A DNA stretch of 43,218 bases from an uncultured Christensenella sp. (GCA_949295755.1 CASFMG010000049.1:1-43218); one strand, 5' to 3'; positions 18,267 to 28,001 are shown, numbered from the stretch's first letter. The notes: a model not told the origin generated them from the letters alone. Numbers and translations: made by a program.

Positions 18267-20093
18267 TTATTCTGCAAATTGAGAATTATAAAGTTCGGCA
18301 TAAAAGCCGTTTTGATTTAATAGTTCTTCGTGATTTCCTTGTTCAACAATATTGCCATTTCTCATAACTAAAATTTGGTCAGCATTTTTAATTGTTGAAA
18401 GTCTGTGTGCAATAACAAAACTTGTTCGCCCTTCGGTTAATTTATCCATTGCCTTTTGAATCATAATTTCTGTTCTTGTATCAACACTTGATGTTGCTTC
18501 ATCTAATATGAGCATTGGCGCATTGTTTACCATTGCTCTTGCAATAGTTAAAAGTTGTCTTTGCCCTTGGCTTATATTTGCAGTTTCATCAAGTATCATA
18601 TCATAACCATTTGGAAGCGAACGGATAAAGTGGTCGATATGAGCAAAACAACAAGCATCTTCAATTTCTTTATTTGTTTTATTTGATGTGCCATATGCAA
18701 TATTTTCTCTAATTGTTCCATCAAATATCCAAGTGTCTTGAAGCACCATTCCAAAAAGTGCTCTAACATTTTCTCTTGTCATATCTTTTATGTTTACGTC
18801 ATCAATTAAAATTTCTCCACTATCTATTTCATAAAATCTCATAAGTAAGTTTACAAGTGTGGTTTTACCTGCACCTGTTGGTCCAACAATGGCAACTTTT
18901 TGTCCTGGAAAAATTTTGGCACTAAAATTATGAATAATTGTTTTATCTTGTTCATAACCAAAACTAACATTTTTAAATTCAACAAGACCTTTTATAGAAC
19001 TAAGTTTAACTTTTTGTTGTGCATCTTCTTTTTCTTGTTCTTTTTCATTTAAAAAATCAAAAACTCTTTCGCTTGCTGCTGCGGCACTTTGAAGTGTTCC
19101 GCTTATTTGAGCAACCTGACCAATTTGTTGGTTAAATGTTCGCATATATTGAATAAATGCAACAATAGTAACTGCAAAAACAGGATTTTTTATTGACATT
19201 ATTCCACCAACAACGCAAATTAAAACATAAACAAGATTGGATATAAAGTTCATTATAGGATACATTGTTCCTGATAAAAATTGCGACATAAATGCAGAAT
19301 TACACAAACTTTTGTTTACTTTTTCAAAATCTTTTTGTGCTTTTTCTTCTGCATTAAATGTTTTTACAATATTATGAGCATAATAATTTTCTTCAATAAT
19401 ACCATTTATTTCTCCAAGAGAGTTTTGTTGTTTAACAAAGTATTTTTGAGAAAATTTAACGATTAACGACACTAAAATCAAACTAACAGGCATTGCACAA
19501 AGTGTAATTAAAGTTAGTTGCCAAGAGTTTACAAACATCATAATAAGAGCACCAACAAGCATTGTTATACAAGTTACAATATTGCTTAAACTTTGGTTTA
19601 ATGTTTGACCAATGGTGTCAACATCGTTGGTTACTCTACTTAAAATATCGCCGTAACTAGAACTATCAAAATATTTTAGTGGAAGAAGATTTATTTTTTC
19701 AGAAATTTGAGTTCTTAACTTTTTTGTAACCTTTGCAGTTACACCACTTAAGATAAAACCTTGAAAATATGAGAATAATGCACTAACTAGACTCATACAA
19801 ACAAGCCACAGTGATACAGTCATAACTTTTTGCAAATTCACTGAAACTTTTTGTGAAATTGCATTAAATATTTCTTCACTGACAATTTTTGTAACATTTG
19901 GAAGAGCGAGTGCAAGCACTGTTCCAATAATAGCAAATAAAAGTGAAAATATTATACTTACATAATTTGGACGCAATGATTTAATGAGCATTTTCATAGA
20001 CTTTTTAAAGTCTTTTGCCTTTTCGCCTGTGTTCATTCCTCTGCCCATTGGTCCACGCTGTTTTAATTTTGGAGTTTTTTCTGTCTTAGTCAT
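18267..20093 (-). CDS. ABC exporter subunit (fused TMD-NBD) with consensus Walker B and H-loop but a degenerate signature motif
   Basis: 608 aa. GPTGAGKTT, LILDEATSSVD, FVIAHRLST, and signature ISQGQRQL in place of LSGGQ. The start overlaps the upstream stop (TAATG). Confidence 0.9.
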   Translation of the reverse strand: MTKTEKTPKLKQRGPMGRGMNTGEKAKDFKKSMKMLIKSLRPNYVSIIFSLLFAIIGTVLALALPNVTKIVSEEIFNAISQKVSVNLQKVMTVSLWLVCMSLVSALFSYFQGFILSGVTAKVTKKLRTQISEKINLLPLKYFDSSSYGDILSRVTNDVDTIGQTLNQSLSNIVTCITMLVGALIMMFVNSWQLTLITLCAMPVSLILVSLIVKFSQKYFVKQQNSLGEINGIIEENYYAHNIVKTFNAEEKAQKDFEKVNKSLCNSAFMSQFLSGTMYPIMNFISNLVYVLICVVGGIMSIKNPVFAVTIVAFIQYMRTFNQQIGQVAQISGTLQSAAAASERVFDFLNEKEQEKEDAQQKVKLSSIKGLVEFKNVSFGYEQDKTIIHNFSAKIFPGQKVAIVGPTGAGKTTLVNLLMRFYEIDSGEILIDDVNIKDMTRENVRALFGMVLQDTWIFDGTIRENIAYGTSNKTNKEIEDACCFAHIDHFIRSLPNGYDMILDETANISQGQRQLLTIARAMVNNAPMLILDEATSSVDTRTEIMIQKAMDKLTEGRTSFVIAHRLSTIKNADQILVMRNGNIVEQGNHEELLNQNGFYAELYNSQFAE

Positions 20094-21826
20094 TATAGTT
20101 CCTCCTTTGAAAGTTGTGATAAAGCAATTTCTTTATAAACATCGCAGTTTTTTAAAAGTTCTTCGTGAGTGCCATATCCAACCATTTGCCCTTCGTCTAA
20201 AACAACAATTTTGTCGGCATCAATAATTGTTCCAATACGCTGTGCAACAATAATTTTTGTTGCGTCAGCAGTGTATTTTTTTAATGCTTTTCGTAAATTT
20301 TTATCTGTTTTATAATCCAATGCCGAAAAACTATCGTCAAATATATAAATTTCTGGTTTTTTGATTATTGCTCTTGCAATACTCAATCTTTGTCTTTGTC
20401 CACCCGAAACATTTGTTCCCCCTTGTGCAATTTCATAATCAACACCATTTTCTAATTTTTTAACAAAATCTGATTGACTTACTTTTAGTGCAAGTTCAAC
20501 ATCTTCATCGCTTGCATTTTCGTTGCCATAAAGGAGATTAGATTTTATTGTTCCACTAAACAAGTAACCTTTTTGTGGTACGTAACCAAGTTTATTGTTT
20601 AAATCTTCCAGTTTGTAATTTCTAACATCTTCGCCGTCAACCAATACTTCGCCTTCGGTTGCATCAAAAAACCTTGGTATTAAATTTATAAGTGTACTTT
20701 TACCACTTCCTGTTGAACCAATAAACGCAATAGTTTCGCCCTTATTTACCTTAAATGATATATCTTTTAAAACATATTCTTCTGCATCTGGATATTTAAA
20801 CGATACATCTTTAAACTCAACTTCTCCAAAAGTTTGAGATTTAACTACGTTTCCATCGTGAATTTTTGACTTTGTTGATAAGACTTCGTTTATTCTTCTT
20901 CCAGAAACAACACCTCTTGGAATAAACACAAAAAGCATTGAAATAAACATAAAACTCATAAGAACGTGCATAGCGTATTGAGTGAATGTTACCATTGTGT
21001 AATATTCAAGTGTACCAACATTTATTAGGTAGGCACCAACCCAGTATATAGCAATAGTAAGTCCGTTCATAATAAGTTCAAGACCCGGCCACATTAGAGA
21101 CATAACTCTATTTACAAATAGGTTTGTCTTTGTTAAATCTTTGTTTACAACTTCAAACTTTTCTTCTTGTTCTTTTTCTGCATTATATGCTCTAACAACT
21201 CTTATTCCTGTTAAATTTTCTCGTGTAACATTGTTTATTCTATCAGTTTTCTTTTGAATTTGAGAAAACTTTGGAACGGCAACAAAAAACAAGAACAAAA
21301 CAAGAAGTATCATAATTAAAAGTGCAATTCCTGTTGTCCAAGAAAGTTCAACACTGCTACCTATAATTTTGCTTATTGCAAAACAAGCCATAACGGGAGC
21401 AGTTATTGCCATTCTTAATGTCATAAATACAGTTTGCTCAACCTGTTTAATGTCGTTTGTTGACCTTGTGATAAGTGATGCAGTGGAAAATTTATTCATT
21501 TCTTCCATTGAAAATGAATTTACTTTTTTAAACACCTTTGTTCTTAACTTTTTTGAAAATCTTGCAGCAATTTGTGAAGCCAAAAAGTTTACAACAACCA
21601 CACTGGCACAAATTCCAAACGCAATTAAAATCATTTTCCAGCCAACATTCCACAAATCCATTGCAGTCAGTGGCATACCATGTGCGTGAGATTGAATTAG
21701 AGATATGATGCTACCCATATATTCAATAAGTTCCATTTCAAGCCAAACTTGAAGAACAATTATACCAATTACTAATATTGATAGTAGCCAATCTAACCAT
21801 CTAAAATATTTTAATAGTTTAATCAT
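20093..21826 (-). CDS. ABC exporter subunit (fused TMD-NBD) with degenerate Walker B and H-loop but a consensus signature motif
   Basis: 577 aa. GSTGSGKST, VSGGQRQR, IYIFDDSFSALD (Asp replaces the catalytic Glu), and IVAQRIGT (Gln replaces the H-loop His). Confidence 0.9.
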   Translation of the reverse strand: MIKLLKYFRWLDWLLSILVIGIIVLQVWLEMELIEYMGSIISLIQSHAHGMPLTAMDLWNVGWKMILIAFGICASVVVVNFLASQIAARFSKKLRTKVFKKVNSFSMEEMNKFSTASLITRSTNDIKQVEQTVFMTLRMAITAPVMACFAISKIIGSSVELSWTTGIALLIMILLVLFLFFVAVPKFSQIQKKTDRINNVTRENLTGIRVVRAYNAEKEQEEKFEVVNKDLTKTNLFVNRVMSLMWPGLELIMNGLTIAIYWVGAYLINVGTLEYYTMVTFTQYAMHVLMSFMFISMLFVFIPRGVVSGRRINEVLSTKSKIHDGNVVKSQTFGEVEFKDVSFKYPDAEEYVLKDISFKVNKGETIAFIGSTGSGKSTLINLIPRFFDATEGEVLVDGEDVRNYKLEDLNNKLGYVPQKGYLFSGTIKSNLLYGNENASDEDVELALKVSQSDFVKKLENGVDYEIAQGGTNVSGGQRQRLSIARAIIKKPEIYIFDDSFSALDYKTDKNLRKALKKYTADATKIIVAQRIGTIIDADKIVVLDEGQMVGYGTHEELLKNCDVYKEIALSQLSKEEL

Positions 21827-21836
21827 TTTTTCTCCT

Positions 21837-21851
21837 TTGACACTGTGTCAA
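21837..21851. promoter_or_regulatory. Perfect 7-1-7 palindrome abutting the RBS of the ABC operon (candidate operator)
   Basis: TTGACAC-T-GTGTCAA. On the minus strand it reads TTGACACAGTGTCAA-AGGAGAAAAA-ATG. A 1-nt centre is too short for a hairpin loop, which favours a dimeric protein binding site. Confidence 0.4.
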
Positions 21852-21930
21852 CTTGATGTGTTATATTTATACAATAAATATTTGTCAATAAAAACAGCAT
21901 TATTTGTTATATGACTATTTTTGTTATTTT

Positions 21931-21965
21931 GTCAAATAAAAATTGAGTAAAAACTACCCAATTTT
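21931..21965 (-). terminator. Possible terminator after the large helicase gene
   Basis: AAAATTG (21939-21945) / CAATTTT (21959-21965), followed on the minus strand by TATTTG. The stem is weak and AT-only. Confidence 0.35.
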
Positions 21966-21981
21966 TATTAAAATTATTATA

Positions 21982-24900
21982 TTATTTTTGCTTTTCTATT
22001 TCTTTAACTATGTTGTTTATAACCTGTGTACTGTTGTGCCACCAATCTCTGCTCCACACTCTAAATGTTGTCCAACCCTTTGATTTTAAGAACTGATTTC
22101 TAAACACATCTCTCTCTAATGCAGACGGCGAACTAGCAATAACAGTTTGGTCAGTTTCAATCCCTAAAAGATATTTATCTTTTTTTCTATCATACACTGC
22201 AACAGATATTTTACTGTTTGAATTGCCTAAGTTTATTTCGGTTTTGTAACCAAGTTTGTTAAGTTTTTCGGCAATTTGATTTTCCATTGGAAGCACTGTG
22301 CTTAAAGTTTTTAAAGGCAATGCACTTTCATTAAAACTATCAAGTATTGTTTTAACTTCTTCGGTGTTGCCATTTGACACTGCTCTTACGTATGTTAAAT
22401 AACTTTTTAAAAGTTTTGGACCAACATACTTTGCATTGTCCACTTTTAATTCTTCTGGTTCAATACTTGTTACAACATATATTTTTTGTTTTGCTCTTGT
22501 AATTGCAACATTAAGTCTATTTTCTCCACCTTCGTTTGAAAGTGAACCAAAAATTGAATTAACTTTTCCGTATTCATTTCTCGCGTAACTTATTGAGAAA
22601 ATAATGATATCTCTTTCATCACCTTGTACATTTTCAAGATTTTTAACAAACAAACTAACATCTTCGCCATTTTCAACTCTGTTTGTTTCTTTTATGTATA
22701 AGTTTCTAAATTCGTCATCGTTAAAACATTGTTTTTCCATCAAATCTTCAATGCAGTTTTCTTGCTCAACATTAAAGGTGATAATGCCAACGGTTTCGTT
22801 GTTTTTTCTAGTTTTTAAAATTTGTTTTGTTAGTTCAACAACTTTTTGTGCTTCTTTGATATTTTTTCTGTCTTGCCACATTCCGTCAACAAGTATTCGT
22901 TCTATTGGTTTGCGTCTTGTATTTTTTGACACATTTGGTGCAATTTGCAAATTGCCAAAATAAAATGCTTTGTTTGAAAAGTCGATTAGTTCTTCGTTTT
23001 TACTTCTGTAATGATATGTTATATTGCTACTTGCAAATCTCGACACTGCAAGGTCTAATAAACTTTCAACTTCAAGTGCTGCTTGTGTTGAATAGTCCAA
23101 ATCATCATCTACACTTGCACCCATATATCTTTTCATAAATGTTGTAGTTGGTCTTAATTGCTTTGCGTCCCCTGCAACAACAACTCTTTTGCCACGATAT
23201 ATTGTTGGGATTGTGTTTTCTATAAACACCTGTGATGCTTCATCAAACAAAACAACATCAAACATATTTCGTTTTAGTGGAAGAATTGTTGAAACATTTT
23301 CTGGCGAAAGCAAAAAGCAAGGAAAAAGTTTAAAGAGATATTCGCCATAAACTTCCATTGTTTTTCTAATCGGCCAAAAGTTTTGTTTTTTTGAAATTTG
23401 ATAAACATAATCTTTACTTATTGGACTACCATCTATCATTTTTTTGTAATCTTCAACAAAACTTTGCTCGGCAATTTGTTTACTGAGTTCGTTTTGTTGT
23501 TTCTTTAAACTTATAATTCTTGACCTTATGTTTTCAAAATCTACAATGCTTGAAAGAATTTGCTTTTGCGATGTTTCGTACTTTATTATTTCGTGATAAA
23601 TTCTTATTGGCAAAAGTTTGTTTAAAACTTCCAAATATTTCACAAAAGTTCCCGAATTTTTATACGCAAAATTTAAAACAAGTTTTTGCTGGTCCTCAAG
23701 ATTTTTTAGTATGCTGTTTGTATCTCTTAGTTCTATGTAGTTTTCTACTGCACTAAGTAGTAATCTTATTATTGCATTGTTGCCATTTAAAATTCCGTCT
23801 AGTGCCATTAAATATCCACTTTCGGTTAAAACATCTTTTAAAAATTCATATTCCTTAACATACTCATCAATAGCCGTTAGTGTTTTTGTAAACTCTTCGT
23901 CAATAATTTTTTCTTTTTTAATCATATTGTATTTTGCAAATGGATACATAAAAAACAAAATATAACTCGCATTCAAAAATTTGGCAGTTTCTGGGTATTC
24001 AAATTTTGCAATCATTTTAACAAGTGGTTTGACATTTTTGTTTGCCTTTACTTGATTGTAATATGATAAAATTTGTCTTGAATATTTGTACTTAGCAACA
24101 TCAAAAAGTGCTTGTCTTTTTTGACACAAATTTTTAAGTTTATTTTGTGCTTCAATCACAATATGAACACTCAAATCACTTTTTAGGTGGTCAATAAAAG
24201 GATTTTTCTTTTTTTCTTCAACAAAATTATAATATATTTCTGCTTTGTTTTTTTCGTTTAAAATGTTAAGTGCTTTTGTTAGTTCATCATAAGATAGTGC
24301 CATCAGTTGTTTTTCTTTTTGCATTTGTTTGTATATTGCATATTCTGTTGACCTTTTCCCTATTTTATATGAATTGTAATACATTTCTTGAAGTGAAATT
24401 CCAAAAGGTGTTTTGTTTGTTAAACAATTAGATATAACATTTAAGTTGTTGATTTCTGTTTCGAGATGCTTGGTTGTTTCTTCGTAATCTCTGTGCAATT
24501 TTTCACTGTAAAAACTATTTAAAACATTTTCGTGTGCAGTGTAACATCGTTCATAAAAAACTCGTTTCTCTTTTTCTGCATCTGTAATAAACATCGCTTT
24601 GCTGTTTAGTGAAGAAAGTCTATTAAAAACGACTTCTAGTGCTGCTTTTTTTTGAGATACAACAAGCACTTTTTTGTTTTTGCATATTGCGTCTGCAATT
24701 ACATTTACTATTGTTTGAGATTTTCCCGTTCCCGGTGGTCCATATATAACCATATTCCCACTTTCGTTGACTTTTCTAACAACTTGTTCTTGTGCGTAGT
24801 CAACATTGTTGATTAAATACAAATTAGAATATTTTGCTGTTTTGTGTTTTGTTTTTTTGGTGTTTAAAAGTTCGTTTATGCTATCGTTTGTGAGATGTCT

Positions 24901-25731
24901 TTTTTCAAGTGCGGAATAGTCGTTGTAAATGGAATTTGCCAAACTGCACCTTGAAAGCAAACATAAATGCTTTATTTCAAGGTTACTACTCTCGTTTGGT
25001 TCGCCGTATCTAGTAAATGGAAAAATGTTTTTTCTTGCACTGTAATCAAATTTTATTCCATAAGATTTTAAATAATCTAAAAGTGCTTGCAAATTGCTGA
25101 ATTTTGGTTTTAAACATTCAAACTCCATTTCAAGTTCTTCCAAGTTTAAATGTCCACTATCTGCCATTGCAAGCATAAGTGCTTTATTTAATTGAATATT
25201 TTCGCCATATTTTAAGCAAATATTTACATTTGAATCGTCAATGACATCAATAACAACGGGAAACATAAGAAGTGGTGCTTTAAAAACATAGTTTCTTACT
25301 GCACCATAAACAAATGGATAGCATAAATATAACTCATATCTTCCCGTTTCTTTTTCTATTTCTTCAATTTCACGCTTTAAACTTTTAAGGTTTTGAACTT
25401 CTTGCAAAACTGCCTTTTTTGAAAATTCTCTTTTTTGCCTGTCGTATTTTTGTTTGTCTTTTTCGTTTTCAAATTGTTGGTCAGGAAATCTGGTGTCAAT
25501 ATTATTTGCTTTTAATATTGCATCTTTGTTTTCTTTGCAAATAAGTTTAAACGGAATACTTTTTCCGTTCCACAAAAGCTGTAGAAGTTCATTGGCTTTT
25601 TCTTGGTCTTGATATAAAATTTTACCAATATCATAACCATTTTTTTTGTTAAAATTTTTAAGGTATAAACTTCTGTTTTTACCACTTATTTCAATCAATC
25701 TTTCTTTGTAATATGTATATATACTTTTCAT
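21982..25731 (-). CDS. Large SF1 (Upf1/DNA2-like) helicase with a DUF4011-like N-terminus and a C-terminal restriction-endonuclease-like (DUF559/Vsr-like) fold
   Basis: 1249 aa. N-terminus ISGKNRSLYLKNF. Walker A VIYGPPGTGKSQTIVNVI, motif II VVLFDEASQV, VVVAGDAKQLRP, LNVAITRAKQKIYVVTS. The C-terminus has LGIETDQ...FRVWSRDWWHN, typical of helicase-fused REase-like domains. All from motif memory. Confidence 0.8.
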   Translation of the reverse strand: MKSIYTYYKERLIEISGKNRSLYLKNFNKKNGYDIGKILYQDQEKANELLQLLWNGKSIPFKLICKENKDAILKANNIDTRFPDQQFENEKDKQKYDRQKREFSKKAVLQEVQNLKSLKREIEEIEKETGRYELYLCYPFVYGAVRNYVFKAPLLMFPVVIDVIDDSNVNICLKYGENIQLNKALMLAMADSGHLNLEELEMEFECLKPKFSNLQALLDYLKSYGIKFDYSARKNIFPFTRYGEPNESSNLEIKHLCLLSRCSLANSIYNDYSALEKRHLTNDSINELLNTKKTKHKTAKYSNLYLINNVDYAQEQVVRKVNESGNMVIYGPPGTGKSQTIVNVIADAICKNKKVLVVSQKKAALEVVFNRLSSLNSKAMFITDAEKEKRVFYERCYTAHENVLNSFYSEKLHRDYEETTKHLETEINNLNVISNCLTNKTPFGISLQEMYYNSYKIGKRSTEYAIYKQMQKEKQLMALSYDELTKALNILNEKNKAEIYYNFVEEKKKNPFIDHLKSDLSVHIVIEAQNKLKNLCQKRQALFDVAKYKYSRQILSYYNQVKANKNVKPLVKMIAKFEYPETAKFLNASYILFFMYPFAKYNMIKKEKIIDEEFTKTLTAIDEYVKEYEFLKDVLTESGYLMALDGILNGNNAIIRLLLSAVENYIELRDTNSILKNLEDQQKLVLNFAYKNSGTFVKYLEVLNKLLPIRIYHEIIKYETSQKQILSSIVDFENIRSRIISLKKQQNELSKQIAEQSFVEDYKKMIDGSPISKDYVYQISKKQNFWPIRKTMEVYGEYLFKLFPCFLLSPENVSTILPLKRNMFDVVLFDEASQVFIENTIPTIYRGKRVVVAGDAKQLRPTTTFMKRYMGASVDDDLDYSTQAALEVESLLDLAVSRFASSNITYHYRSKNEELIDFSNKAFYFGNLQIAPNVSKNTRRKPIERILVDGMWQDRKNIKEAQKVVELTKQILKTRKNNETVGIITFNVEQENCIEDLMEKQCFNDDEFRNLYIKETNRVENGEDVSLFVKNLENVQGDERDIIIFSISYARNEYGKVNSIFGSLSNEGGENRLNVAITRAKQKIYVVTSIEPEELKVDNAKYVGPKLLKSYLTYVRAVSNGNTEEVKTILDSFNESALPLKTLSTVLPMENQIAEKLNKLGYKTEINLGNSNSKISVAVYDRKKDKYLLGIETDQTVIASSPSALERDVFRNQFLKSKGWTTFRVWSRDWWHNSTQVINNIVKEIEKQK

Positions 25732-25813
25732 AATTAACCTTTCGCCTAGAACAAGTATAATACAACCTTAATTTTTATTCAAGTATAACAAATTAAAAAA
25801 TTTGTTTTAAATT

Positions 25814-26362
25814 TTATATTAAATTTATAATATTTTTATTTTTTCTTTTTGCATAATCGTATGCAATTTTTGTTCCACTTTTTTGATTTCTAATTATATG
25901 TGAATTATTTGTATTTTTTTGTGGTGGAATATAATTTTCGTCATAATAAAAAACACAAAAATCACTATCATCAATCATTGCAAAATTTCTTTCAATGTAA
26001 CTGGCTTTGTTTGCCGTGTACTTTGTTTTATGCTCTATTTCTTGTTCATAGCAAAGTAAATTAAATTGTCTTTTAAAAAACTTTGATAATCTTTGTTCCC
26101 ATTCTTCTTTTTCACTTTCAAAAAATACACATTCACTTTTGCAAGTATATGCAATTCTTTTAATAAATGTATATTTTTGTTTTAGTTCTGTAACAACATA
26201 ATGACAAAAATTATCAAACTGACTTTTGCTTCCAAATAAAAAATTTGTTACCCTTTGTTTTTCAATTAAATAAATAAGTACTATTTTTAACTTTTCTTCA
26301 AGTAAATTTGATACTTCAATTTTTCTATGACCAATAAAACAACAAGATTTATGTTTTTCCAT
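25814..26362 (-). CDS. DUF1273 / SLOG-superfamily (YpsA-like) protein
   Basis: Track ORF 25814..26398. The preferred start is MEKHKSCCFIGHRKI at 26362. The family-typical CxFxGHR start, FGSKSQFDNFC, and ERNFAMIDDSDFCVFYYD match the DUF1273 pattern as I remember it. Confidence 0.6.
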   Translation of the reverse strand: MEKHKSCCFIGHRKIEVSNLLEEKLKIVLIYLIEKQRVTNFLFGSKSQFDNFCHYVVTELKQKYTFIKRIAYTCKSECVFFESEKEEWEQRLSKFFKRQFNLLCYEQEIEHKTKYTANKASYIERNFAMIDDSDFCVFYYDENYIPPQKNTNNSHIIRNQKSGTKIAYDYAKRKNKNIINLI

Positions 26363-26447
26363 AATAAAAAATCTCCAAAATATCGATAATGAATACACTC
26401 ACTAATCAGTATAACATAATTTTATGTTTATGTGTATTCAAATTTGC

Positions 26448-26463
26448 AAATTTCATGAAATTT
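26448..26463. promoter_or_regulatory. Perfect 16-nt palindrome in the divergent promoter region (candidate XRE operator)
   Basis: AAATTTCATGAAATTT, overlapping the smaller palindrome TTTGCAAA (26443-26450). It lies between the DUF1273 gene and the first XRE gene. Confidence 0.4.
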
Positions 26464-26538
26464 TATGTATGCAATTTACTCATTCAAAATAACTCTTATT
26501 TTATAATTATTTATGGAAATAAAATTAAAGGGGGCTTA

Positions 26539-26838
26539 ATGGACATTAAAGAAATATTAGCAAGAATTGGTTATATAAGGAATAAAGCAAACTTATCTGC
26601 AAGAGAAGTTAGTCAAAGAATGGGTATGAGTCCACAATATGTTGCACAAATTGAAAGTGGAAGAATTGTTTTAAAAGTTGAAAAATTATTACAAATTTTA
26701 AAAATATGTGAATTTCCTATTGAAAGATTTTTTAGTTCTAATATTGAAGATTACAACATTGACATAGAATTAAAAAAATTGATAGAGTCTTTGCCTACCG
26801 ACAAAAAGAAAAATATAATTGAGTTTATAAAAAAATGA
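26539..26838 (+). CDS. XRE-family helix-turn-helix transcriptional regulator
   Basis: Track ORF 26389..26838. The preferred start is MDIKEIL at 26539, after AAAGGGGG. HTH segment: LSAREVSQRMGMSPQYVAQIESGR. It ends in TGA. Confidence 0.75.
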   Translation: MDIKEILARIGYIRNKANLSAREVSQRMGMSPQYVAQIESGRIVLKVEKLLQILKICEFPIERFFSSNIEDYNIDIELKKLIESLPTDKKKNIIEFIKK

Positions 26839-26856
26839 CTTGTTAGAATAAAAATT

Positions 26857-27096
26857 ATGAAATTAAAAGAAGCAGTTGCAAAAAGAATAAAAGAAATAAT
26901 GAAAGAAAAAGATATAACACAATATCAATTATTTAAGTGTAGTGGCGTACCACAATCCACAATAAGTACAATTTTAAACTCAGAAATTAAAACAGTAAAA
27001 CTTAGTTCAATTTATGATATTTGTAGTGGTTTAAATATTGAGTTAAGCGATTTTTTTGATTGCAATTATTTAAAATTAAAAAATTTAGATGATTAA
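26857..27096 (+). CDS. XRE-family helix-turn-helix protein (second, shorter)
   Basis: 79 aa. ITQYQLFKCSGVPQSTISTILNSE is an HTH_3-like segment. Confidence 0.7.
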   Translation: MKLKEAVAKRIKEIMKEKDITQYQLFKCSGVPQSTISTILNSEIKTVKLSSIYDICSGLNIELSDFFDCNYLKLKNLDD

Positions 27097-27182
27097 ATAA
27101 GACACACATAACTAATATTATTGACATAATAAAAATAAGCATTTATATATATTATACATTTACATATTTTTAAGGAGTTTAT

Positions 27183-27962
27183 ATGCAATTTCAAATGTGG
27201 AGTTTTTGGCATTACTTATATATTTTATCGCCAGCAATTATAATGGTTCCGTTGTATTTTATATTAAGAAACAAGAGTTATAAAACAAAATTCATAATAG
27301 GTATTATTATTGGAGTTTTGTCGCTTAGTGTTTTGATTATTAGAAATATTGATATCTTTGTTAGAAATGGTTTTGACCCTCAAATAATACCTTTGCAAGT
27401 ATGCCATTTTGGAAATATTATGGTATTTATTTCTCTTGTTTTTAGAAGCAAAATTGCAACATCTGTTTTGTGGTCTTTAAATTTGCTTGCAGCATTTTCT
27501 TCATTGATTGTTGCAGACAGTTTGGCAGGATACAGCAATTTCTTCTCTATAAGAGCACAAGCGTATTTTTGGGGACATCTATTAATTGTTGTTGGTGCTT
27601 TGTATGCTGTTATAATGAAAATTGTTAGAATTGATTTTAAATCGTTTTTATACGGAATTGGTGTTATAGTTTTGCTTTTAATACCATCAATAATTTTAAA
27701 CTCGTATTTTAACGATGTTTTGGGCAAAAATATAAATTATTTTTACATATATAATTCTAATGGAGTTCCTTTTGAATTCTTATATATTGGAGAAAGAGCA
27801 CAATATGGCTGGTTTACAATAAATTGGTTTTACACAATTTCACTTATCGTTATATTTGCCGTTTTGTTGTATGGTATATATAATATTCAAAAACTTTTTT
27901 ATTTTAAAGACAAAAATTATCAAACACATCACATTTTTTATAAAGAAAAAAAATCACAATAA
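27183..27962 (+). CDS. Polytopic membrane protein, possibly of the YwaF/TIGR02206 family
   Basis: 259 aa with about 7 hydrophobic segments. IPLQVCHFGNIM resembles the LPLHLC motif of that family (from memory only). AAGGAG precedes the ATG. Confidence 0.45.
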   Translation: MQFQMWSFWHYLYILSPAIIMVPLYFILRNKSYKTKFIIGIIIGVLSLSVLIIRNIDIFVRNGFDPQIIPLQVCHFGNIMVFISLVFRSKIATSVLWSLNLLAAFSSLIVADSLAGYSNFFSIRAQAYFWGHLLIVVGALYAVIMKIVRIDFKSFLYGIGVIVLLLIPSIILNSYFNDVLGKNINYFYIYNSNGVPFEFLYIGERAQYGWFTINWFYTISLIVIFAVLLYGIYNIQKLFYFKDKNYQTHHIFYKEKKSQ

Positions 27963-27978
27963 AACATATTGTGATTTT
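27950..27978. terminator. Bidirectional terminator between the membrane protein gene and clpB
   Basis: AAAATCACAAT (27950-27960) / ATTGTGATTTT (27968-27978), flanked by A-runs and T-runs. Confidence 0.65.
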
Positions 27979-28001
27979 TTCCGTTTTTCAACAATTTAAA
28001 T

